Below are positions 26,144 to 35,590 of a DNA stretch of 64,000 nucleotides, in pieces. The stretch lies in NCBI GenBank assembly GCA_000004985.1, contig GG738911.1; one strand, given 5' to 3'. This DNA comes from Naegleria gruberi. Taxonomy: Eukaryota. Under the pieces are notes generated by a model. It was not told the DNA's origin and made no database searches. It saw only the letters and a program-made list of their open reading frames with translations. The position numbers and the translations under genes were made by a program. The stretch's first letter is position 1. Every line of letters begins with the position of its first letter.

Positions 26144-26769
26144 ATCATATCAATAATAATCATCATGACCATCCAAATATCACTCTTTCCAATAAAATTC
26201 AACCAAGTAATAGTTGAAGAATATTCATTCGAAAAATCCAGCACCGAATTAAATTCCTTCTCACCCTGTGCAGTCTCCATATATAATGCTCTATGAACAA
26301 GTACTCCAATCATGATCTTTTCCATCAAACTCGACAAGACGAAAAGTCCAAACAAGAGATTGACCCAGAGTGCTCTCTTATCAAATCTCCAAAATAATTT
26401 AACAAAGGCCACAACTATAAACAAGGCTACTCCTTGATACATTATATGATGATACCTTCCTTCTTCTCCCATTTGATGAAGTAAACTCCAAACCTTCTCC
26501 GATGACATCCATCCCCATCCAAATCTCGTTCCCAACGTTAAATGTATCCACGATGATTCATATATTTGTACATAATGATAGAAAGCATATGGAAGGGAGA
26601 GAATTAAACCAAGAAACCAATAAAACAAGGAATTTGATCTTAAATTGGTTAAAATTGATTTCTTATTGTTGTATTTTACATATCCACTCGATGATGATGA
26701 TGATGTAGCCGAGAATAATTTATTGGATGATGCAAAAGTTGAAGTGGAAGGCAAGGTTGTCGGTAACAT
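26144..26769 (-). CDS. Small multi-pass membrane protein, paralogue copy A; its C-terminus is lost in the gap. Possibly EXPERA/TMEM97-like.
   Basis: ATG at 26769 (MLPTTLPSTSTF...). At least 3 hydrophobic helices. About 97% identical to the complete 225-aa copy at 59183-59860. Start of FYWFLGLILSLPYAFYHYVQI weakly resembles the sigma-2/TMEM97 N-terminus. Confidence 0.55.
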
Positions 26770-26983
26770 TTGTAATTCGAATATTTTTTAAATCAAAAAA
26801 AATAATAATATAAAATATTATTTTTTATTCCGTGATGAAAATCAAATTAGGAAAGGGGAATAATTTCCATCATTTCAAAGAAAAAAAAAAGCGCCAACTA
26901 AGCAAAATAATTATTGGCTTTGAAAAAGTCCGGCTAAAAGTGATACAAGAATACTCATAGATTAGTTGAATCCAATCATCATC

Positions 26984-27435
26984 ATGATCAGTTTATTTAT
27001 TGCTGCCTTGTTCGGATCAAATAGCAGAAATTTAGATAAAACTTCCAATCAACAATTATTTGGCTATGAACAACAACAACAACAACCAGTAAATCATCAT
27101 CATCCTCCTCATCAACAACAACAGCCTCCACAACAACCACAACAACAATATTATGTAAATAATCCGCAGCCTCTACCACCAAATTATCAACCTTCAATTC
27201 CGCCACCCAATCATAGAAATTCAATCATTAGTAATAATAATAATATTAATAATAATATTAATTATCATCTACAACAACAACCAGTAAATCAACAGCCTCC
27301 TCCTTCTTCTACCTCTAATTCCTTCAAAGTTAATAATAATAATTATCCTAATGTAATAACAACAACATATCCGCCACAACAACAACAAGCAAATACTACT
27401 GGTTATCCACAATCACAAATTGTAGATCACAATCA
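26984..27435 (+). CDS. Secreted Q/N/P-rich protein, paralogue copy A; truncated at a contig end.
   Basis: ATG at 26984 gives MISLFIAALFGS, which looks like a signal peptide (the track start at 26966 is TTG). Poly-Q, poly-N and PPxY-like low complexity. Near-identical to 60063-60499 of copy B. The frame then runs into a gap and telomere repeat; the QTQT/PKPK translation there is spurious. Confidence 0.55.
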
Positions 27436-27485
27436 NNNNNNNNNNNNNNNNNNNNNNNNNNNNNNNNNNNNNNNNNNNNNNNNNN
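27436..27485. other. Scaffold gap of 50 N.
   Basis: Run of n. Confidence 0.99.
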
Positions 27486-27786
27486 CCCAAACCCAAACCC
27501 AAACCCAAACCCAAACCCAAACCCAAACCCAAACCCAAACCCAAACCCAAACCCAAACCCAAACCCAAACCCAAACCCAAACCCAAACCCAACCCAAACC
27601 CAAACCCAAACCCAAACCAAAAACCCAAACCCAAACCCAAACCCAAACCCAACCCAAACCCAAACCCAAACCCAAACCCAAACCCAAACCCAAACCCAAA
27701 CCCAAACCCAAACCCAAACCCAAACCCAAACCCAAACCCAAACCCAAACCCAAACCCAAACCCAAACCCAAACCCAAACCCAACCC
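27486..27786. repeat. Second (CCCAAA)n telomeric tract, internal to the scaffold, in the same orientation as the terminal one; minor CCCAA and CCAAAAA variants.
   Basis: About 50 hexamer units begin immediately after a gap and are followed by unique AT-rich sequence (27787-28485). Confidence 0.9.
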
Positions 27787-28485
27787 ACGACTAAGGTCAG
27801 ACCCAACATTTTGACTTTTATTCATCTTAATTCATTATCTCAATAAATACTCATTATAAATCAATATATTATATATCAATATACTCCAAATTGAATATAT
27901 AATCATATTATAACATAATATTATATCATTATAATGACTTATATAAGTTAATTTCAAATAATAGATTAGACAATTAGAATATCAATGAAACCATTTCAAA
28001 ACCATTTCAAATCAATATATCACATTATAAATCATGTTAGCAACAATGTATATCAATTTCAGATACTTTGGTATCATTTCAGGATATTTGCTATTCAACT
28101 TGTCAACTGACCAATACTAACATTGAAGATAGAAATCTTTACCACTTCAATTCACTTCCAATACATATATACATGATAATTAAATACATTAATATCATTT
28201 TGACATTCATCCATATTATACATGGTACATGGCTGTTCCACTTGATACCTACAGGGATGTGACAATGACATCCACTATACAGATCATTATGAAATTGTTA
28301 CAGTACCTTACTTATGGTGAATAAACACTACTGTATCAGTTTCATGACAATTTGAAATCATCCAACATGTCAGGAGTGTAATCATGAGAACTATGAATGT
28401 CAGTATAATGAAATCATATTAATTTTGAAATCTTTCAATTATATCATCGTAGATAGATCAATTAACCATGGTATATCAATAATTG

Positions 28486-31400
28486 NNNNNNNNNNNNNNN
28501 NNNNNNNNNNNNNNNNNNNNNNNNNNNNNNNNNNNNNNNNNNNNNNNNNNNNNNNNNNNNNNNNNNNNNNNNNNNNNNNNNNNNNNNNNNNNNNNNNNNN
28601 NNNNNNNNNNNNNNNNNNNNNNNNNNNNNNNNNNNNNNNNNNNNNNNNNNNNNNNNNNNNNNNNNNNNNNNNNNNNNNNNNNNNNNNNNNNNNNNNNNNN
28701 NNNNNNNNNNNNNNNNNNNNNNNNNNNNNNNNNNNNNNNNNNNNNNNNNNNNNNNNNNNNNNNNNNNNNNNNNNNNNNNNNNNNNNNNNNNNNNNNNNNN
28801 NNNNNNNNNNNNNNNNNNNNNNNNNNNNNNNNNNNNNNNNNNNNNNNNNNNNNNNNNNNNNNNNNNNNNNNNNNNNNNNNNNNNNNNNNNNNNNNNNNNN
28901 NNNNNNNNNNNNNNNNNNNNNNNNNNNNNNNNNNNNNNNNNNNNNNNNNNNNNNNNNNNNNNNNNNNNNNNNNNNNNNNNNNNNNNNNNNNNNNNNNNNN
29001 NNNNNNNNNNNNNNNNNNNNNNNNNNNNNNNNNNNNNNNNNNNNNNNNNNNNNNNNNNNNNNNNNNNNNNNNNNNNNNNNNNNNNNNNNNNNNNNNNNNN
29101 NNNNNNNNNNNNNNNNNNNNNNNNNNNNNNNNNNNNNNNNNNNNNNNNNNNNNNNNNNNNNNNNNNNNNNNNNNNNNNNNNNNNNNNNNNNNNNNNNNNN
29201 NNNNNNNNNNNNNNNNNNNNNNNNNNNNNNNNNNNNNNNNNNNNNNNNNNNNNNNNNNNNNNNNNNNNNNNNNNNNNNNNNNNNNNNNNNNNNNNNNNNN
29301 NNNNNNNNNNNNNNNNNNNNNNNNNNNNNNNNNNNNNNNNNNNNNNNNNNNNNNNNNNNNNNNNNNNNNNNNNNNNNNNNNNNNNNNNNNNNNNNNNNNN
29401 NNNNNNNNNNNNNNNNNNNNNNNNNNNNNNNNNNNNNNNNNNNNNNNNNNNNNNNNNNNNNNNNNNNNNNNNNNNNNNNNNNNNNNNNNNNNNNNNNNNN
29501 NNNNNNNNNNNNNNNNNNNNNNNNNNNNNNNNNNNNNNNNNNNNNNNNNNNNNNNNNNNNNNNNNNNNNNNNNNNNNNNNNNNNNNNNNNNNNNNNNNNN
29601 NNNNNNNNNNNNNNNNNNNNNNNNNNNNNNNNNNNNNNNNNNNNNNNNNNNNNNNNNNNNNNNNNNNNNNNNNNNNNNNNNNNNNNNNNNNNNNNNNNNN
29701 NNNNNNNNNNNNNNNNNNNNNNNNNNNNNNNNNNNNNNNNNNNNNNNNNNNNNNNNNNNNNNNNNNNNNNNNNNNNNNNNNNNNNNNNNNNNNNNNNNNN
29801 NNNNNNNNNNNNNNNNNNNNNNNNNNNNNNNNNNNNNNNNNNNNNNNNNNNNNNNNNNNNNNNNNNNNNNNNNNNNNNNNNNNNNNNNNNNNNNNNNNNN
29901 NNNNNNNNNNNNNNNNNNNNNNNNNNNNNNNNNNNNNNNNNNNNNNNNNNNNNNNNNNNNNNNNNNNNNNNNNNNNNNNNNNNNNNNNNNNNNNNNNNNN
30001 NNNNNNNNNNNNNNNNNNNNNNNNNNNNNNNNNNNNNNNNNNNNNNNNNNNNNNNNNNNNNNNNNNNNNNNNNNNNNNNNNNNNNNNNNNNNNNNNNNNN
30101 NNNNNNNNNNNNNNNNNNNNNNNNNNNNNNNNNNNNNNNNNNNNNNNNNNNNNNNNNNNNNNNNNNNNNNNNNNNNNNNNNNNNNNNNNNNNNNNNNNNN
30201 NNNNNNNNNNNNNNNNNNNNNNNNNNNNNNNNNNNNNNNNNNNNNNNNNNNNNNNNNNNNNNNNNNNNNNNNNNNNNNNNNNNNNNNNNNNNNNNNNNNN
30301 NNNNNNNNNNNNNNNNNNNNNNNNNNNNNNNNNNNNNNNNNNNNNNNNNNNNNNNNNNNNNNNNNNNNNNNNNNNNNNNNNNNNNNNNNNNNNNNNNNNN
30401 NNNNNNNNNNNNNNNNNNNNNNNNNNNNNNNNNNNNNNNNNNNNNNNNNNNNNNNNNNNNNNNNNNNNNNNNNNNNNNNNNNNNNNNNNNNNNNNNNNNN
30501 NNNNNNNNNNNNNNNNNNNNNNNNNNNNNNNNNNNNNNNNNNNNNNNNNNNNNNNNNNNNNNNNNNNNNNNNNNNNNNNNNNNNNNNNNNNNNNNNNNNN
30601 NNNNNNNNNNNNNNNNNNNNNNNNNNNNNNNNNNNNNNNNNNNNNNNNNNNNNNNNNNNNNNNNNNNNNNNNNNNNNNNNNNNNNNNNNNNNNNNNNNNN
30701 NNNNNNNNNNNNNNNNNNNNNNNNNNNNNNNNNNNNNNNNNNNNNNNNNNNNNNNNNNNNNNNNNNNNNNNNNNNNNNNNNNNNNNNNNNNNNNNNNNNN
30801 NNNNNNNNNNNNNNNNNNNNNNNNNNNNNNNNNNNNNNNNNNNNNNNNNNNNNNNNNNNNNNNNNNNNNNNNNNNNNNNNNNNNNNNNNNNNNNNNNNNN
30901 NNNNNNNNNNNNNNNNNNNNNNNNNNNNNNNNNNNNNNNNNNNNNNNNNNNNNNNNNNNNNNNNNNNNNNNNNNNNNNNNNNNNNNNNNNNNNNNNNNNN
31001 NNNNNNNNNNNNNNNNNNNNNNNNNNNNNNNNNNNNNNNNNNNNNNNNNNNNNNNNNNNNNNNNNNNNNNNNNNNNNNNNNNNNNNNNNNNNNNNNNNNN
31101 NNNNNNNNNNNNNNNNNNNNNNNNNNNNNNNNNNNNNNNNNNNNNNNNNNNNNNNNNNNNNNNNNNNNNNNNNNNNNNNNNNNNNNNNNNNNNNNNNNNN
31201 NNNNNNNNNNNNNNNNNNNNNNNNNNNNNNNNNNNNNNNNNNNNNNNNNNNNNNNNNNNNNNNNNNNNNNNNNNNNNNNNNNNNNNNNNNNNNNNNNNNN
31301 NNNNNNNNNNNNNNNNNNNNNNNNNNNNNNNNNNNNNNNNNNNNNNNNNNNNNNNNNNNNNNNNNNNNNNNNNNNNNNNNNNNNNNNNNNNNNNNNNNNN

Positions 31401-31839
31401 NNNNNNNNNNNNNNNNNNNNNNNNNNNNNNNNNNNNNNNNNNNNNNNNNNNNNNNNNNNNNNNNNNNNNNNNNNNNNNNNNNNNNNNNNNNNNNNNNNNN
31501 NNNNNNNNNNNNNNNNNNNNNNNNNNNNNNNNNNNNNNNNNNNNNNNNNNNNNNNNNNNNNNNNNNNNNNNNNNNNNNNNNNNNNNNNNNNNNNNNNNNN
31601 NNNNNNNNNNNNNNNNNNNNNNNNNNNNNNNNNNNNNNNNNNNNNNNNNNNNNNNNNNNNNNNNNNNNNNNNNNNNNNNNNNNNNNNNNNNNNNNNNNNN
31701 NNNNNNNNNNNNNNNNNNNNNNNNNNNNNNNNNNNNNNNNNNNNNNNNNNNNNNNNNNNNNNNNNNNNNNNNNNNNNNNNNNNNNNNNNNNNNNNNNNNN
31801 NNNNNNNNNNNNNNNNNNNNNNNNNNNNNNNNNNNNNNN
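28486..31839. other. Assembly gap of 3,354 N.
   Basis: Run of n. Confidence 0.99.
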
Positions 31840-32149
31840 GCAAATCAACCTGATTCAATCTACAAAGGTTGGTAGTTGCACCACTTCGTGGCGAAACTAC
31901 CCATCCACGATGAATCAACATGTGATTCACTTCCATTCAACTCAATTTGACCGTTATATTCAATAAATCAATGAAATGTTCCTTTATTAGCAATACCTAT
32001 TCAATCTAATGAGTAGATTCACGTCCCAAACATTTGACTTCTCAAAGTCCATAATTCAAAAGTTAGTACTGACCTGACCTTTAAATATCTATCAATGCAA
32101 GAAATGAAACCATCAAATTTACATCATTTATAGATGATAAGAAATATAA

Positions 32150-33319
32150 TCAATGATATAAATCTTCACTAAGTAATATATTAAATAACCCAAATAAATC
32201 AACTCTGAATCCTAACCAAACCCAAACCCCCCCACCCAAACCCAACCCAAACCCAACCCCAAACCCTGAAACATAATCATCACATTGCATATCAGATAAG
32301 GTTGAATATTGCATCAAATTCTTAGTTCTGGTTGAGGCAATTTCAAAGGTTTTAACTTGGGCAACCTTTTCAGAGGATGTTTCATTGTGAATGAGTTTAA
32401 GCAAATCATCCATTCCCAAATTATTGACCTTCTCTTCTCCCAATTCTTTAATTTTTTTAGCAACAAGATTGTCCATATCTTCATCTTCCACACAACCATT
32501 AATCACCAAATTTGGAATCTTATTAGCATCTGTTAAGAGTAAACATTTACCATCAGTTTTAGTTGTCAAATAATCCATAAACAAGGTCAATTGTTGATCA
32601 TCCTTAGCTCTTTCACACAAAATTCCATAAAAGACAACATTCTTCTCCTGGAGAGCAGATCCCAATTTGATCCAATCAATGACATTTCCTTGTTGATCCT
32701 TACATCCTTCTGGATAGCTATCAGATGATGTTTTCATTCCATGTGGAGGAGCATCAGCAACCCAAACAACAATCTTCTTTCCCTTCTTATTAAATGGCAT
32801 TTCATTAATGACATAGAGAGCTGATGCCAAAGCTTCTGGATGATCACCTCCACCTTGAGCTGACATTGTATTGATATAACCCTTTGCCTTATTTAAATCC
32901 TTTGTAAATGGGAATTCCTTAACTGCATAATCATCAGTGTGATCTCTATAACTGACAGCTGAAAATCTCAAATCAGATTGAAACTTTTCATGAAGTGTTG
33001 AGATGATAGTAGTGACAGTTCGTTTGGCAACTTCAATTTCACCAGACATTGATCCAGTACAATCCATTACAATAACCAAATCAACAATATTTTCACTGTG
33101 GTCAACCAATTCTTGATCATAACCTTCTTCTTCCAAATGTTTAGCACGAATCCAAGCACCAGGTCTTTGAGAATTGCTGTTGTGTTTGTGTTCATCATCA
33201 TGACGATCCACAATTGACAAATCATCCATTCTTCTTCCTAATTTTTCTTCGACTGGCAACATTTCGTCAAAACAATCATCATCACAATTGTTTAAATCTG
33301 AAGGAATGTAGAGATCCAT
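32150..33319 (-). CDS. von Willebrand factor A (vWA) domain protein. The C-terminal ~40 codons are read from the telomere-like tract, so the true 3' end is uncertain.
   Basis: ATG at 33319. VIVMDCTGSMSGEI is a MIDAS-type D-x-[ST]-G-S-M motif, and VVWVADAPPHG also fits a vWA fold. The tail GFGVGFGLGLGGG is a translation of the G-rich telomeric strand. Confidence 0.6.
   Translation of the reverse strand: MDLYIPSDLNNCDDDCFDEMLPVEEKLGRRMDDLSIVDRHDDEHKHNSNSQRPGAWIRAKHLEEEGYDQELVDHSENIVDLVIVMDCTGSMSGEIEVAKRTVTTIISTLHEKFQSDLRFSAVSYRDHTDDYAVKEFPFTKDLNKAKGYINTMSAQGGGDHPEALASALYVINEMPFNKKGKKIVVWVADAPPHGMKTSSDSYPEGCKDQQGNVIDWIKLGSALQEKNVVFYGILCERAKDDQQLTLFMDYLTTKTDGKCLLLTDANKIPNLVINGCVEDEDMDNLVAKKIKELGEEKVNNLGMDDLLKLIHNETSSEKVAQVKTFEIASTRTKNLMQYSTLSDMQCDDYVSGFGVGFGLGLGGGVWVWLGFRVDLFGLFNILLSEDLYH
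32211..32266. repeat. Degenerate interstitial telomere-like tract.
   Basis: Sequence cctaaccaaacccaaacccccccacccaaacccaacccaaacccaaccccaaaccc. It lies 370 bp right of the gap edge and inside the 3' end of the vWA ORF. Confidence 0.7.
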
Positions 33320-33595
33320 TATTTTTGATAGTGTAGGTTATTAAAGTTTCTGTTTTTTTTGATTTTGTTTGGATATGAACTTTTTGTTGGTTTGATTTAA
33401 ACCTTGTGTGAAGAATAGCAAGTTCATTGTTCAAAAGTTTAGTTGGCAATGACGAAGAAGTTCCAATGCACAGGGAGATACAGTTTGCAATTCTAGAATA
33501 AACTCAATATTCAATGAATTAGTACACTTTCGAATAGAATAGAATAGAATAAACGAAACCTGAGAATAAAATCGAATAAAAGTAAACTGATTTAT

Positions 33596-35590
33596 TTACA
33601 AATTATTTTCACTGTAATAACTTGCTTCCAATTGTAATGAATTTGGATTTCCTCTCCTTACTAATCCAGTTGTCTCTTGTGAATATTGCAAATTATTCTT
33701 CTTCTTCCAATAAATTCCACAAGCAAGGAATAAAATTAAAGTTCCAATTAAAGATAATGTCAATAACACAATAGTTACAATAAATCCAGTAATGCTTTGA
33801 CCAAGTAAGTGTTGAGATGAAGAAGATTTCACATTCAATTGAGTGACAGATGGCAGAAGTGTAAATTGGGAGAAACCTTCACTAGGACCCTCAATTGCAA
33901 TGAAATAAATTTGAGAATTTGATGAAGGATTATCCAATGATTGAATGTGATTTGAAAGCATTCTTACTGAATAGTGTTGATTAGTTGGTTTGAAATTTTG
34001 GCCAACCAGCACAATGACATCTTTTCCAGATAAGGTAGAACATGAAAGAGACAATCTTGAATGAGATGGAATGGTTATTTGATAGAGAGCTGATTCTCCT
34101 GATTGGATTTTCTTGGAAATTGTCGAATCTTGAATGAGTGGAATTCCATTTTCTCTTTCGAATGAAGTTATTGGATTTGGTTGAGGAGATGGAATTGGAT
34201 GTGGACCTTTCGAATAACTAGGAATTGGTCTTGGAATAGATGGCGATGGTTTTGGTGGAACAATAGTTGGTTCAGGTTTTGGTGGAATTACAGAAGGTTC
34301 TGGTCTAGGTCTGGAAGGAGATGGAATTGGTTGAGGTGGAACGGATGGAGAAGGAGTTGGAGTTGGAGGAATGAAAATCTTTTTGGCAACAACATATAGT
34401 TGATACGAGTTGACCATCACATTTTCTTGACAATTCAAATGGAAAGAACCATCCTTAAAAGTGGCCTTTTCTGGAGAAATGTGCAAATTGTCCTTTCCAA
34501 ATGCAAATGCGCATGCAAGTGTTGAATTATCTAATTCCTTATCCAAATTTGAAATTGTGAATTCTCTCCAAGATTTCACACCAAAACTCAATAAATTCTG
34601 AGAAATATCGAATGAGTAAATTGAATAATAATCTGATTTGGAAACTGGATCGATAATTAATTGACCAACTGTCTCATTTCTTACTAGCTTGAATGATGGT
34701 TCAACTTCTTGACTGATTTCAGTATTATCAGTGGTCAATTGGAAAGAAAATTCCAATTTATCTTTTTCTAAACTAAACTCTAACATTCTAGAATAATAAA
34801 TGGAATATTCTTGTTCAAAGTTTGCTGAACTACCCTCAAAGGCGCAAATAGCAAATGTATATGAAGTATCCGAACCGGTTCTCGTGTCAATTTCCAATTT
34901 CCAAGGTCCTTCAAATGGTTGATCATCAAATAAAAGTTCAAAGATTTTCGATTTTGTGTGAACTTTGAATATTCTGAATGATTTTGGATCCACATTGAAA
35001 ATTGAACTAGATTTGATAAATTCAACAGTAATGGCATTGAAATCGAAAACATCACTTGTTGATACTGTAATATGATAAAGATCAAATACTCCTAAAATGG
35101 TTAATGGTTGTTGAATAGTATGTGGAAATATAAAATCTTGATATGAACTGACATCTCTATTAGCTAGAGTGAATTGACCCTTAAGGTCACTATTAGGATT
35201 GACTGTCACTTGCAAAATATCCTTATCTGACCAACCTGTCACAAATTTTGACAAGAAAAATGGATCAATTGTAACTGGTTCTCCAAAATTGATAACATGT
35301 TCTTCTCTCTTGAATTTCTTGGAAATGAGCAAAACAATAAATTCAGTAGCTCTGATATCTTCTGAACAATCTAAAAAGTATTTGGAAACCTTGTCAACTG
35401 GATCTTGTGAAAAGGTTGGTTTGTCATCACTGTATTCAATTGTAGAATAGGCACCATTTGAATCCTTAATTAAATAAGCACATGTCATTTCACTGAATTT
35501 GACATCAATGGCATTTCCATTCTTATCAGAAAATGACATTGAAGGAAGGAATTTGAAAATTCTGCCCTCATCATAATTCATAATTTCCAA
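33596..35590 (-). CDS. The same glycoprotein, C-terminal part: ectodomain, Pro-rich stalk, single TM and a short cytoplasmic tail.
   Basis: Pro-rich stalk PPTPTPSPSVPPQPIPSPSRPRPEPSVIPPKPEP..., then TM ITGFIVTIVLLTLSLIGTLILFLACGIYW and a basic tail. There is no credible independent promoter. It overlaps the upstream ORF by 13 nt in a different frame. Confidence 0.5.
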   Translation of the reverse strand: MEIMNYDEGRIFKFLPSMSFSDKNGNAIDVKFSEMTCAYLIKDSNGAYSTIEYSDDKPTFSQDPVDKVSKYFLDCSEDIRATEFIVLLISKKFKREEHVINFGEPVTIDPFFLSKFVTGWSDKDILQVTVNPNSDLKGQFTLANRDVSSYQDFIFPHTIQQPLTILGVFDLYHITVSTSDVFDFNAITVEFIKSSSIFNVDPKSFRIFKVHTKSKIFELLFDDQPFEGPWKLEIDTRTGSDTSYTFAICAFEGSSANFEQEYSIYYSRMLEFSLEKDKLEFSFQLTTDNTEISQEVEPSFKLVRNETVGQLIIDPVSKSDYYSIYSFDISQNLLSFGVKSWREFTISNLDKELDNSTLACAFAFGKDNLHISPEKATFKDGSFHLNCQENVMVNSYQLYVVAKKIFIPPTPTPSPSVPPQPIPSPSRPRPEPSVIPPKPEPTIVPPKPSPSIPRPIPSYSKGPHPIPSPQPNPITSFERENGIPLIQDSTISKKIQSGESALYQITIPSHSRLSLSCSTLSGKDVIVLVGQNFKPTNQHYSVRMLSNHIQSLDNPSSNSQIYFIAIEGPSEGFSQFTLLPSVTQLNVKSSSSQHLLGQSITGFIVTIVLLTLSLIGTLILFLACGIYWKKKNNLQYSQETTGLVRRGNPNSLQLEASYYSENNL

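Larger units (their letters stand above)
26144..27435. repeat. Segmental duplication copy A, about 97-98% identical to 59235-60499; truncated on both sides by gaps.
   Basis: Collinear nucleotide identity across both CDSs and the shared spacer. Differences are mostly CAA/AAT/ACA repeat-number changes and a few point substitutions. Confidence 0.85.

Noticed and set aside
713-26296. ORF-track proteins of 8,000+ aa (713..26296 +, 796..25101 +, 800..25072 -, 804..25085 -) and about 1,100-aa ORFs over 28.4-31.9 kb.
   Set aside because: They are translations of runs of N (shown as X). There is no sequence information; they are artefacts of the gaps.
27396-27825. Minus-strand ORFs encoding [18 protein letters not shown], and the plus-strand QTQTQT/PKPKPK tail of ORF 26966..27814.
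   Set aside because: These are frame translations of the (CCCAAA)n telomere tract and its complement, not genes.
31871-31901. Imperfect hairpin GGTAGTTGCACCAC-TTC-GTGGCGAAACTACC just after the gap edge.
   Set aside because: It is short, could arise by chance, and abuts an assembly gap. It is probably part of the coding frame that runs into the gap, so I did not call an RNA element.
34181-34399. W/R-rich 72-aa ORF on the plus strand.
   Set aside because: It is antisense to the Pro-rich stalk of the glycoprotein gene (CCN codons read as NGG), a classic shadow ORF.
35578-35590. ATGA stop/start overlap read as a prokaryote-style coupled gene pair.
   Set aside because: The context is unambiguously eukaryotic (telomeres, spliceosomal introns, eukaryotic tRNAs). 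A frameshift or micro-intron within one gene is the better explanation.
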